A stretch of 36,491 nt of DNA from the NCBI GenBank assembly GCA_039208735.1, contig JBCCQY010000089.1:1-36491 (forward strand), in the 5' to 3' direction. The DNA comes from Myxococcota bacterium. Lineage in GTDB: Bacteria > Myxococcota_A > UBA796 > GCA-2862545. The notes under the pieces were generated by a model. The model made no database searches and was not told the DNA's origin. It saw only the letters and a list, made by a program, of their open reading frames with translations. Positions 26,801 through 35,249 of this stretch are shown piece by piece; position 1 is the first letter of the stretch; every line of letters begins with the position of its first letter. The translations under genes and the position numbers were made by a program.

Positions 26801-28857
26801 TGACAGGCTTCGGCCAAGTATAGTAAGTCGGCCCGTTCGCCCTGGATCAGGTGGTTGGCAATGGCGTAGACGCTGACGTCGTCCTGGTTCGCGAGCGCTC
26901 GGAGCCGCGAGGCAATGGCGTCGTGCAGGGACCTCACGTCGGTATCCGCGAGAGCGCCGACCATGGCCTCTTGGATGCGACTGTGTAGGAAACGAAACTG
27001 ACCGGCGTCCAGCCGCTCCAACAGCTCGTAGCGCACCCCATCTCCCAAGGCGGCGTGCACATCCTCCTCACAGACCGCCTTCAACACGTCGACCGAGAAC
27101 GTGCTCCCGATCAGCCCCGCCGTCGCCAGGACGCGCCGTGATGTGGAACTGAGGTTGCGTAGACGCGCCAGCACCGCTTCGACCATCTCCGAAGGCAGCT
27201 GAAGCCGACGGGACCACTCAGGCACCGCCGACCAGCGGTCCCAATCGGGGTACACCAGCCCCGCATCGATCACGGCCCGCAAGTACTCGCGCAGCAGCAA
27301 AGGACTTCCCTTCGAGCGCCGCACCAGCTCCGACGACAGCGCGGCGGGCGGTGGGCGGTCGCCCAGCAGGGCCTGCAACAACTGCTCGCCTTCCTCGGCC
27401 GAGAGACCTGCGAGGGTGCACCGTGCTCGCAGCGCCTCCCCAATTGCCTCCACGAACGCCGTCACCGGCGCTTCGTAGTGCTCCTCGCTCCGCGCCGTCG
27501 CTACGAGGAGCACACGATGCTCTGGAAGCCGCATCGCGAGCCTCGCCACGAGCCCCCGTGAGGCTTCGTCGAGCCAATGCACGTCGTGGAGAACCCAGAC
27601 CAGGGGCCGCGCTTCGCTCAGGCGCAGGAGCAGTGTCGCCACGGCCTCGACGAACTGGAGGTTCCCCACCGTTCCGGCTGCGTAGTCCGCGACATCGGCG
27701 AACCGCGAGGCGAACCGCGACGATAGCCGCTTCAAGATCGGCTCTAGCCCCTCCGCTGCCCTCCGCAATGCGGTCTTCTCCTCCCCCCGCGCGGCCGGGT
27801 CTCCCCGTTCCTGGCGCACCAGCCACGTGTTGAGTGACCGACGAACGGGGCCGAACGGGACGGGCTCGCCCTCGACGCAGGTCGCCTGCAGAAGCTGTGC
27901 AGGCCCCAAGCCAGCGGTGAAGGCGTCTACCAGTGCGCTCTTCCCGCTCCCCGATGGGCCTTCCACCACTGCGACACCGCCCTGGCCCCGTCGCACGGCG
28001 TTCCACACCCTGTGTAGGCTGGCGCGTTCCGCGCGGCGGCCTACCAGTGGTGTCGACACGATCGGGGCGACCCGCAGGGTGGGGGCGATCTCCCGTAGCG
28101 CCGTCAGCAGCTCCTGGGCGCTCTGGAATCGGTCGTCGGGATCCTTGCGCAGCAGCCGCTGCACCACGGCCTCGAGCGCGGTCGAAACGCCAGCACGGCT
28201 CAACGAAAGCGGCGGGGGTGGGGACGCGGCATGTTGGTAGGCGAGTTCCGCTAGATCGGTCGCCGTGAATGGCGGATGGCCCGCAAGGCACTCGTAGAGT
28301 ACGCAGCCCAGCCCATAGAGATCCGTGCGTGCGTCCATCGGTCGGTGCAGCATTCCCGATTGTTCGGGCGCGGCGTATTGGAGCGTCCCTGCCAGTGTGG
28401 CATCCGAGCCTTCCCGCACCGCCAGTCCGAAATCCGACAGCACGGGTTCCGTGCTGTTCAACAGGATGTTCGCTGGCTTCACGTCCCGGTGGATCAGCCC
28501 TCGACGGTGCGCCGTTCCGAGCGCGCTCGCCATCGAAGCGGTCAGGGACACGGCCTGGTCGATGGCCAAGGGTCCGTGACGCAGCTGCGTGGCGAGCGAG
28601 TGCCCCTCGACGTACTGGCGCACGAGGAACGGCTGCCCATCGACCTCACCGACGTGCAGCAGTCGTGTGATGTTCGGATGCTCAAGCGTTGCCACTGCGG
28701 CAACTTCGTGTTGAAATCGGCTACGCTGGTCGGTCGTGCTCTGGTGATACACCTTGACCGCAACCGGAAGGTCCGAACGGCGGGCCAGGTACACGACGGC
28801 ACTGGCTCCTCGACCGAGTTCGCGGACCACCTCCAATCCATTGATGTTCAAGTGCAT
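23875..28857 (-). CDS. Hybrid Ser/Thr kinase - AAA/STAND ATPase - helical repeat - GAF - histidine kinase
   Basis: Kinase: GRGAS, VAVK, HRDVKPAN, DFG, APE. ATPase: Walker A GPSGSGKS, Walker B-like VLHDVHW. GAF: RSIIAAPL..GVVYLDS. His kinase: SHELRTPLN, NLISNAAKF, DKGIGI, GTGLGL. Confidence 0.93.
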   Translation of the reverse strand: MHLNINGLEVVRELGRGASAVVYLARRSDLPVAVKVYHQSTTDQRSRFQHEVAAVATLEHPNITRLLHVGEVDGQPFLVRQYVEGHSLATQLRHGPLAIDQAVSLTASMASALGTAHRRGLIHRDVKPANILLNSTEPVLSDFGLAVREGSDATLAGTLQYAAPEQSGMLHRPMDARTDLYGLGCVLYECLAGHPPFTATDLAELAYQHAASPPPPLSLSRAGVSTALEAVVQRLLRKDPDDRFQSAQELLTALREIAPTLRVAPIVSTPLVGRRAERASLHRVWNAVRRGQGGVAVVEGPSGSGKSALVDAFTAGLGPAQLLQATCVEGEPVPFGPVRRSLNTWLVRQERGDPAARGEEKTALRRAAEGLEPILKRLSSRFASRFADVADYAAGTVGNLQFVEAVATLLLRLSEARPLVWVLHDVHWLDEASRGLVARLAMRLPEHRVLLVATARSEEHYEAPVTAFVEAIGEALRARCTLAGLSAEEGEQLLQALLGDRPPPAALSSELVRRSKGSPLLLREYLRAVIDAGLVYPDWDRWSAVPEWSRRLQLPSEMVEAVLARLRNLSSTSRRVLATAGLIGSTFSVDVLKAVCEEDVHAALGDGVRYELLERLDAGQFRFLHSRIQEAMVGALADTDVRSLHDAIASRLRALANQDDVSVYAIANHLIQGERADLLYLAEACHEAGNKALEDFAPAEAYRFLAEARAARTTAGRGLDFDLEEQYAAAASLTKDFLEFERCVKQLLPEVNDPIRRGRNLASLAYTTVVNMLFDEAEEHTRSGLVALREPPPSRLWQVPLGLWHQAVAALGRVSKTLPNEIEANRLRTLSELYDTWMLLASARNRPGEMFYVIARWYRIAQRLGPSTALAVSSGYVGMLHGYLRRARLARTWVDYGVEVARSLSNPVAVARASFVRGVVLQIIGASSESSEQLAHVTSQHVQWLKMYDFAVLHLYLGAARVELGYAAEALHGVEAAFGDLRASGNELIPNHAGVELMVSGISLSLLGQHEQALSNALQVESLYRDLPTIDHPIKEAFVQQLHAFLQMDQADLGTPLEEVIAQFRASGRRAASDLSVFRPQLVAMALGCLWRALAAEDAKTQKRWRRKLRWATVQLRKLRFVPAYDAHYHAVCGGLLFVKGKPEQALDELGRAERLAADCDCPWARLTSFTLRAHVRRAQGNHRAAKRDGEVALSLAHELGYQARVRHIASTFGLEEASAQLRPVRSSSGSSPLLSRPTVTDEAESLEADRSRRLANALLTVSLASASSLEPQQQARSVLGELTRLLGAERARFFSVDTESGQLVQVADTGEDPSPVSQTVLRRVVATREPLILTSSDEGEVLGARSVVLQGLRSIIAAPLLVREHLVGVVYLDSRLANGVFNAEDVELLLGMANHIAIAVEMARAANLEHQTLRRAREAAEAANRAKDQFLANMSHELRTPLNAILGYTEMVAEELVDSEQRELCEDLEQVHIAAVHLLTIIDDVLDLTRISAGQLEFEIEEVDLEQAVAAGVALALPEAVSVQDRVTVALASDARRVLADAKRLRQVLANLISNAAKFSDRETIHVSSRAHTSNCIELVVQDKGIGIPAESLSHVFERFHQADNSHTRRHDGTGLGLAICKEFVERMQGSIRIESTEGVGTIVRVQLPSAARPAASDR

Positions 28858-28956
28858 GATGGGTCAACCGTTCGAGCGGGTCGAGGATTTCTGAAGCTCC
28901 AAAGTGGCCGCACGATAACGTAGATAGGCCCCTCGCGACCAAATCCGCCCTCGCGG

Positions 28957-29123
28957 GGACAACAGATCCAGACTGCGATCGCGGCGCTGCACGACGCGGC
29001 GTCGACCACGGACTGGGCACAGATCCTCGGCTTGTACGATTGGCTCGAACAGCTGATCGACAGCCCCATGGTCAGACTGTCCCGGCGGTGGCGCTCGCGA
29101 TGGTCGAGGGCCTGGAGGCTGCA
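28957..29123 (+). pseudogene. Frameshifted remnant of the C-terminal extension of an ECF42-type (DUF6596) sigma factor
   Basis: QIQTAIAALHDAASTTDWAQILGLYDWLEQLIDSPMVRLSR continues after a single-base loss near 29085 as AVALAMVEGLEAA. No start and no sigma domains upstream (stop at 28921). Confidence 0.7.
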
Positions 29124-29225
29124 TGGACTTCTTCGGCGGCGTACTCCCCGTTGTCGTCGCCGACAACCCGAAGCCTCGCGATCGATCCAGGGCGCGGATG
29201 CCAGGTCGAAGAGCCGCATTCTGTG

Positions 29226-29372
29226 TCACCACGCGCCGAAAGCCTGCTTGTCGGGCCCAATCGATGTGCTGAGGTCCAGCGAGCGCGCGAATCCACGTCT
29301 ACAGAACTCAGGATGAACCACCGACAGTTGTGCATAGTGGTCGGAATCGGTCCAAACGATGGGGCGGATCCC
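29226..29372 (-). pseudogene. Possible decayed GNAT acetyltransferase fragment
   Basis: Stop-bounded frame IVWTDSDHYAQLSVVHPEFCRRGFAR resembles GNAT motif A (V-H-P-x-x-R/Q-x-x-G-x-A/G). No good start. Confidence 0.35.
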
Positions 29373-29541
29373 CTACAGGCGTAGGTGAGGCGCATCGCCA
29401 CCAGTTGCCGATCGAGATTGATCTCAAAGGCTTGAAACGCAGGTTTGGCTGGAAGTTGCGCCAACCACTCTGGTGGGGACGCTCCCCAACCGACACGATG
29501 CAGGCCCCTGCCACCGTCTCAACGTTTCGACAGCCGTGGAG

Positions 29542-30300
29542 TCACGTGCCATGCCGGCCCGCTCCCGCCACGAATCGAGCGGCGCCCTCGACCCCTTCCG
29601 CTGACAACGCGGGCAGACCGGCCTCAAACTCGTTCCGCAACGACTCGGGAAGTGGCGCATCGAACGCGCGATAGGCGCTCCGGCGATCTGCACGCATGCA
29701 GCGCTGCGGGAATGCGGCGATTTGTCTGGCCAGTTCCTCTGCCTGTGCGCGCGCCGTTCCATCGGCCACGACACGATTGGCAAGTCCCATAGCGTAGGCC
29801 TCCGCCGCATCAACGGGGCGTCCGGTCAGGATCAGGTCGAGCGCACGGGAGAGGCCGATGAGACGGGGGAGCCGAACGGTGCCTCCGTCGATGAGCGGAA
29901 CCCCGAACCGGCGACAAAACACCCCCAAGACGGCACTCTGCTCCATCACTCGCAGATCGCACCACAACGCCAGTTCGAGCCCTCCGGCCACCGCATAGCC
30001 ACTGATCGCAGCGATGACAGGCTTATCGAGAAGCATGCGGCTTGGGCCCATCGGTCCTGGGCCATCCACTTCGAGGCGGTTTCGTCGCTCTTCGTCGGCG
30101 ACCGCACCGAGGTCGGCTCCGGCGCAGAATGTCCCTGACGCCCCCCATAGGATCGCGACCTTGGCCTCCTCGTCCTTCTCGAACGCATCGAAGGCCGCAT
30201 ACAGGGCTTCGGCCGTGGGACGATCCACGGCATTGCGGACTTCGGGTCGGTCCAGAATCACAGTGGTCACAGGGCCATTCCGTTCGACACGTACGGACAT
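29542..30300 (-). CDS. Crotonase/enoyl-CoA hydratase family protein
   Basis: Motifs RNAVD, FCAGADL, GYAVAGGLELALWCDLRV and FCRRFGVPLIDGGTVRLPRLIG. GGGAGG RBS before ATG 30300. Confidence 0.92.
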   Translation of the reverse strand: MSVRVERNGPVTTVILDRPEVRNAVDRPTAEALYAAFDAFEKDEEAKVAILWGASGTFCAGADLGAVADEERRNRLEVDGPGPMGPSRMLLDKPVIAAISGYAVAGGLELALWCDLRVMEQSAVLGVFCRRFGVPLIDGGTVRLPRLIGLSRALDLILTGRPVDAAEAYAMGLANRVVADGTARAQAEELARQIAAFPQRCMRADRRSAYRAFDAPLPESLRNEFEAGLPALSAEGVEGAARFVAGAGRHGT

Positions 30301-30339
30301 CAACGCCTCCCATGAGGATTTTATGGGTGGGGAGACTTC

Positions 30340-30524
30340 AGCGGTTCTTCCGAGCCTGCGGCATCGCCGTCGCCACCAAGCTTCGATCGGCCGGTCCGGG
30401 CACGCCGAGTACGTAGGTTTCGGGGCTCATTAGCCGCCCTGCACGCCCCCCTGTCAACGCTTCACCGGCCCCTCGCGGGTACCGAACGCATGACTCGGGG
30501 CCGGAGTCGATTCGTTATTCCGCC
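30340..30524 (-). ncRNA. Candidate structured non-coding RNA of unassigned family (~185 nt)
   Basis: Intergenic with no credible ORF. Ends pair (GGCGG/CCGCU). Internal helices are GACUC/GAGUC, a CCC-GCGA-GGG GNRA hairpin, GGGCGUGC/GCGUGCCC, GGCU-AAUG-AGCC and AUCG/CGAU. Folding was done by eye only. Confidence 0.55.
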
Positions 30525-30527
30525 TAT

Positions 30528-30574
30528 GCCTGTGGGAATGCCCGAGGGTGAACACTTCACCACGGTGCACAGGC
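30528..30574 (-). other. Extended stem-loop directly 5' of the candidate ncRNA
   Basis: GCCUGUG/CACAGGC encloses CCG/CGG and GGUGAA-gug-UUCACC. No U-tract. Confidence 0.5.
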
Positions 30575-30672
30575 GTTCTTGATGGCGATTAGAAAACTCA
30601 AAGCACCACAATCGCCGACATCTCAACATCTCGTCCGCAGGTTTTCCACAGGATTCTCCCCGCCGCCGGTCT

Positions 30673-31461
30673 CTACGGTGCGCTCCAAGTCTGCAGCGGA
30701 TCGCGGTCTTGCGTGGACACCTGGACGCGAAGTCCGGGCAACACCCGCTCGAGCGCCACCGCGAACTGAGGCAGGTAGCCGCGTTCGCAGTTGGTGTGGT
30801 GGGTCAACACCACGGCCTGCCCGCGCCCCACCGCGGCGAGGATGTCGTGATGGCGCATCTCGCCGGTAAGGAGCAGGTCGACGTCCAGCTCCTTGCGCAA
30901 CAGCGAGCCTCCAGCCCCCGGACACACCGCCAACGACCGCACCGCGTCGACGTGACCCGCCACCTGAAGCGCAGTATTGCCCGTGTGGGCGGCAATCTGG
31001 GGCGCGACGAGCGTCCACGGCACCGCATCCTTCAACATGGCCCGGCGGCCGGCCCCGGCTTGCGGATCCGTCGCCGCCACCTCGATCGGCTCGACGTCCG
31101 CGAGAGGACCCAGCGCTTGCACGAGCCAATCATTGACCCCGCCCGGCACCGCATCGAGCGCCGTGTGGGGGCTGTAGACATGGCGACCTGCCCGCGTGAT
31201 TCGCAGCAAGGTCCGACCAAGGGCGGAATTGCGCCGAAGGTGGCGAACACCATCAAAAATGGGCGGATGATAGGCTACGATGAGGTCCACATCGAGCTGC
31301 TCTGCTTCCGCCAACACGGCCTCGGTCAAATCGATGCACAGCAACGCCGCGCGCACCGGACGGTCGCCTTCGACGATCACCCCGACGTTGTCCCACGATG
31401 CAGCCAGCGCGAGAGGGGCCAAGGATTCAAGGGCACGGACGTAGGGATTCGGAGGCATCAT
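30673..31461 (-). CDS. Nif3-like dinuclear metal centre hexameric protein (YbgI/DUF34 family)
   Basis: Motifs APLALAASWDNVG, IVAYHPPIF, YSPHTALD, GVNDWL, TGEMRHH and HTNCER. Confidence 0.93.
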   Translation of the reverse strand: MMPPNPYVRALESLAPLALAASWDNVGVIVEGDRPVRAALLCIDLTEAVLAEAEQLDVDLIVAYHPPIFDGVRHLRRNSALGRTLLRITRAGRHVYSPHTALDAVPGGVNDWLVQALGPLADVEPIEVAATDPQAGAGRRAMLKDAVPWTLVAPQIAAHTGNTALQVAGHVDAVRSLAVCPGAGGSLLRKELDVDLLLTGEMRHHDILAAVGRGQAVVLTHHTNCERGYLPQFAVALERVLPGLRVQVSTQDRDPLQTWSAP

Positions 31462-31553
31462 GCGGCCATTCTAGCCGTATGGCGCCCATCCGCATCAACG
31501 GGCGAGGCGGCAACGGATCGATGTGCTACATCGTCGCGACTCGGAGGAGAGCC

Positions 31554-32414
31554 TTGTTCAGCTCGACGCGCCTCGTGATGCTCGTAGGCTTCCTTGCCCT
31601 GTTGCTCCCTGGTGTTGCTGGCACCGTATGGGCTCGGGCAGTCAGCCAATCTCGACTTAACAGCGCCATCGACGTCGGCTGGCTCGCCCCGGAAGCAGAG
31701 CAAGCCGCCATTTCGCACGACCGTGGGCGACACCTCGTTAACCACGTGCTGGACTGCCGCGGGTGCCATGGCAACAACCTTGCGGGCAAGAAGATCTTGG
31801 ACCGGCCAATGGTCGGCCGATTCTTTGCCCCCAACCTCACCCCTGGACGTGGCGGACGCGACCCCGACTACGGGGTTCGGGAGTGGGACCTCGCCCTACG
31901 CCATGGCGTCGATCCCGCAGGGCGACCGTTGGTCTACATGCCCGCCCACCGGTTTCAGGAACTGCGTGACGCCGATCTGCTGTCGATCATCGCCTACATC
32001 CGCGATGATGTGGAGCCGGTCGACCTTGAAATGCTGCGCCACGATGTCGGACCCATGTTTCGGTTGGCGGTGGCAAGCGGGGCCTTCCAACTCGACGCCC
32101 ATCGGATCGACCACGACCGCATGCCCGCCCAGTACGTTCCGGGGCCCACCCGGGCCTATGGCGAGGTGCTGGCGAGGCTTGCGGGGTGTGTGGACTGCCA
32201 TGGACCCGACATGCAAGGGATTGCGCCGGCTCCTGGGGCTCCCGCGGCCCCTCCCGTCGACGTGGGCACCTACGGCCGAGCCCAGCTCAAAAACGCGCTT
32301 CGCGGCCGAGGAGCAGATGGTCATGAGCTGGACCCGTACATGCCGTGGTCCAGCTACCAGGGCATGACCGAAGTGGAAATCGATGCGTTGTTCAAATGGA
32401 TGAAGTCGCTGTGA
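31554..32414 (+). CDS. Membrane-anchored dihaem c-type cytochrome
   Basis: GGAGGAG RBS before TTG 31554 and an N-terminal TM/signal. Haem motifs CRGCH and CVDCH, plus APNLTPG and YMP/YMPW Met ligands. Confidence 0.85.
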   Translation: MFSSTRLVMLVGFLALLLPGVAGTVWARAVSQSRLNSAIDVGWLAPEAEQAAISHDRGRHLVNHVLDCRGCHGNNLAGKKILDRPMVGRFFAPNLTPGRGGRDPDYGVREWDLALRHGVDPAGRPLVYMPAHRFQELRDADLLSIIAYIRDDVEPVDLEMLRHDVGPMFRLAVASGAFQLDAHRIDHDRMPAQYVPGPTRAYGEVLARLAGCVDCHGPDMQGIAPAPGAPAAPPVDVGTYGRAQLKNALRGRGADGHELDPYMPWSSYQGMTEVEIDALFKWMKSL

Positions 32415-32576
32415 ACTCCAGCTCAGATCTCCACCCTCGCGAGACCGTCACGGACAGACATTGACCCACGAACGGCTTACAGGAAGGGTGGACCCTTGGC
32501 GCCGAGGCTCGCACGCGACACTGTGAACCGATCGATCGAAGCTCGGCCCGCCATGCCACCCAGGGGGTGAGCCGAC

Positions 32577-33659
32577 ATGCTTAGCATCGACCGTGACCTC
32601 GGACGTTTCCGCGATATCGTGAAGGGTCGGGTTCGCCGGGACCTCCGCAAGTACATGTCGAGCGGCGAATTGGTCGGCCGAAAAGGCAAGGAGATGGTCA
32701 GCATCCCCCTGCCCCAGATCGGCATTCCTCGTTTGCGGTATGGCGACAACAACCGCGGCGTAGGTCAGGGCGACGGCGACCAGGGCGACGGCAGCGGCCA
32801 GGGGCCCCGTGCCGGAGACGCGGCGGGCGACCACATGCTCGAAGTCGAAATCAGCGTCGATGAACTTGCCGAGATCCTCGGTGAGGAACTCGAACTTCCG
32901 CGCATCGAGCCTCGAGGGCATCGCGAGGCTGCGGCCGACAAAGCCCGCTACACCGGCATCAGCACCGTCGGCCCGGAATCGCTTCGCCACAACAAACGCA
33001 CGTTTAAGCAAGCGTTGAAGCGCTCCATTGCCAGTGGCACCTATTCGCCCGAGCGGCCCGTCATCATTCCCATCAAAGAAGACAAACGATACCGGACCTT
33101 CGAACTCGACAAAGAGCCACGAAGCTCTGCGGTCGTGGTGTATATGATGGATGTCTCCGGTTCGATGGGCAAAGAGCAGAAGGAAATTGTGCGATCCGAA
33201 GCGTTCTGGATCGACACCTGGCTGCGCCACAACTACGACGACGTCGAAACGCGGTTTGTCATCCATGATGCGACAGCTCGCGAAGTCGACCGAGACACCT
33301 TCTTCCGAACTCGGGAATCGGGCGGCACGCTCATTTCAAGTGCCTACAAGCTCTGTCTCGAGATCCTTGAAGGCGAGTATCCTCCTGAAGAATGGAACAT
33401 CTACCCGTTCCACTTCTCGGATGGCGACAATTGGTCGCAATCCGACACCCGCACCTGCATTGAACTGCTGCGCAATCGCATCATTCCGATGAGCAACCAG
33501 TTCTCGTATGCCCAGGTCGATAGCCAGTACGGCAGTGGCCAGTTCATCAAGGATCTGGGTGAAGCGTTCGAGGAAGAAGAGGCGGTGTGCCTCTCCCGCA
33601 TTCCCAATCGCGACGCGATCATGGACTCCATCAAGGAACTGCTCGGCCAGGGCCGCTGA
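32577..33659 (+). CDS. yeaH: DUF444 family protein YeaH/YhbH (vWA-like)
   Basis: [11 protein letters not shown], Gly-rich [20 protein letters not shown] and [11 protein letters not shown]. Confidence 0.93.
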   Translation: MLSIDRDLGRFRDIVKGRVRRDLRKYMSSGELVGRKGKEMVSIPLPQIGIPRLRYGDNNRGVGQGDGDQGDGSGQGPRAGDAAGDHMLEVEISVDELAEILGEELELPRIEPRGHREAAADKARYTGISTVGPESLRHNKRTFKQALKRSIASGTYSPERPVIIPIKEDKRYRTFELDKEPRSSAVVVYMMDVSGSMGKEQKEIVRSEAFWIDTWLRHNYDDVETRFVIHDATAREVDRDTFFRTRESGGTLISSAYKLCLEILEGEYPPEEWNIYPFHFSDGDNWSQSDTRTCIELLRNRIIPMSNQFSYAQVDSQYGSGQFIKDLGEAFEEEEAVCLSRIPNRDAIMDSIKELLGQGR

Positions 33660-33710
33660 GCCACACACGATACGTTTTCAAACGACCGATTTGATTCGGT
33701 GGAGGTGGTT

Positions 33711-35249
33711 TTGGGGCGCACCAGTACCCGCATGCTTCGCGAAGGCCGCAGACTCGCGCCGGAACTTGTCGAGGCGCGTGATTACATCCGCGGGCTGGCG
33801 GCGGGGTACGGCCTCGACTTCTACGAGACCGTTTTCGAGATGGTCACCTACGAAGAAATGAACATGCTCGCGGCCTATGGGGGCTTTCCCACGCGCTATC
33901 CGCATTGGCGCTTTGGGATGGAATACCTCGAGATGCAGAAGAGCTACGAGTATGGGCTCTCAAAAATCTACGAGATGGTGATCAACACCGATCCCTCGTA
34001 CGCCTACCTGCTCGACAACAACCTACTCGTCGACCAGAAGCTCGTGATGGCCCATGTCTACGGCCACGTCGATTTCTTCAAGAACAATCTTTGGTTTGCT
34101 CCCACGAACCGGCGAATGCTCGACCAGATGGCCAATCATGCGGCCAAAGTACGGCGCATCATGGACCGGCACGGGCAGCAGGAGGTCGAACACTTCATCG
34201 ACCAGGTGCTGTCGATCGACAACCTCGTCGATCCACACCTGCTGCACATCAAGCGGTCGCGGACGACCACCGAAGAAGACATCGAGCGGGCCGAAAGCGA
34301 CGGACGCATCGGGCGTCTTCCTGCCAAGTCCTACATGGATCCGCACATCAACCCACCCGAGTTCCTCGAAGCACAGCGCAAGAAGAAGCAAGACGAACTC
34401 GATAAAATGCGGAGCTTCCCCGAAGAGCCGGTGCGCGATGTGTTGGGCTTCATCAGCCAGCACGCGGCGCTGCCTCGGTGGAAGCAGGAAATCTTGGAAA
34501 TTATTCGCGAAGAAGCCTATTACTTCGCGCCTCAGGGTCAGACCAAAATCATGAACGAAGGGTGGGCCACCTATTGGCACACCAAGCTCATGACCGAGCA
34601 CATTCTGTCGGATGATGAGGTCATCGACTACGCCGACCACCACTCGGGCACCGTCTACCAGCAACCCGGTCGGCTCAACCCCTACAAAATGGGCGTCGAG
34701 CTGTTTCGCCACATCGAAGAGCGCTGGGACAAAGGGCGTTTCGGCAAAGATTGGCTCGACTGCGACGATCCTCGCGTCCAAAAGAAGTGGGACACGGGGG
34801 CCATGCTCGGCCGTGAGAAGATTTTTGAGGTTCGTCGTACGCACAACGACATCACGTTCCTCGACACCTTCCTCACCGCCGATTTCTGCCGTGAAATGGG
34901 CTTCTTCACGACCAAGTTCGACCCCAAGGCCGGCGAGTGGGTGATCGACTCACGGGAGTTTGAGGACGTAAAGCGCCAGCTCCTGCAGATGCTCGCCACC
35001 CGCGGCACTCCGCGGGTCTACGTCGTCGATGGAAACCACGCCAATCGCCATGAGTTGCGGCTTGCCCATCAGCACGAAGGGCTCGATATCCAGCTCGATT
35101 GGGCCAGTGTGACCCTGCACAACATGCAGGGCATCTGGGGACGCCCCGTCCACCTCGACACGCACATCGACAAAAAGGCGGTCCGCTTGACGCATGACGG
35201 ATCGGAGTTCAAGAAGACCAAGCGCAAGCCAACCGCCGAGGAAACATGA
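33711..35249 (+). CDS. spoVR: SpoVR/YcgB family protein
   Basis: Motifs GFPTRYPHWRFG, SKIYEMVIN, AHVYGHVDFFKNN, YYFAPQGQTKIMNEGWATYWH and LNPYKMG. GGAGGT RBS before TTG 33711 (alternatives 33699, 33732). Confidence 0.94.
   Translation: MGRTSTRMLREGRRLAPELVEARDYIRGLAAGYGLDFYETVFEMVTYEEMNMLAAYGGFPTRYPHWRFGMEYLEMQKSYEYGLSKIYEMVINTDPSYAYLLDNNLLVDQKLVMAHVYGHVDFFKNNLWFAPTNRRMLDQMANHAAKVRRIMDRHGQQEVEHFIDQVLSIDNLVDPHLLHIKRSRTTTEEDIERAESDGRIGRLPAKSYMDPHINPPEFLEAQRKKKQDELDKMRSFPEEPVRDVLGFISQHAALPRWKQEILEIIREEAYYFAPQGQTKIMNEGWATYWHTKLMTEHILSDDEVIDYADHHSGTVYQQPGRLNPYKMGVELFRHIEERWDKGRFGKDWLDCDDPRVQKKWDTGAMLGREKIFEVRRTHNDITFLDTFLTADFCREMGFFTTKFDPKAGEWVIDSREFEDVKRQLLQMLATRGTPRVYVVDGNHANRHELRLAHQHEGLDIQLDWASVTLHNMQGIWGRPVHLDTHIDKKAVRLTHDGSEFKKTKRKPTAEET

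Noticed and set aside
29072..29464. 130-aa minus-strand ORF in the kinase-crotonase spacer
   Set aside because: No recognisable family, and it overlaps the sigma and GNAT remnants in other frames.
30340..30574. Identity of the structured element as tRNA, tmRNA, RNase P, SRP, 6S, cobalamin/SAM/glycine riboswitch, group II intron or retron msr-msd
   Set aside because: I see none of the hallmark motifs (T-loop/CCA, GAGGAAAGUCC, SRP GGAA loop, single long 6S rod, GUGYG 5' end with domain V), and there is no reverse transcriptase in the window.
30642..30650. Replication origin suggested by a DnaA-box-like 9-mer
   Set aside because: A single box with no cluster, DUE or dnaA/dnaN neighbours.
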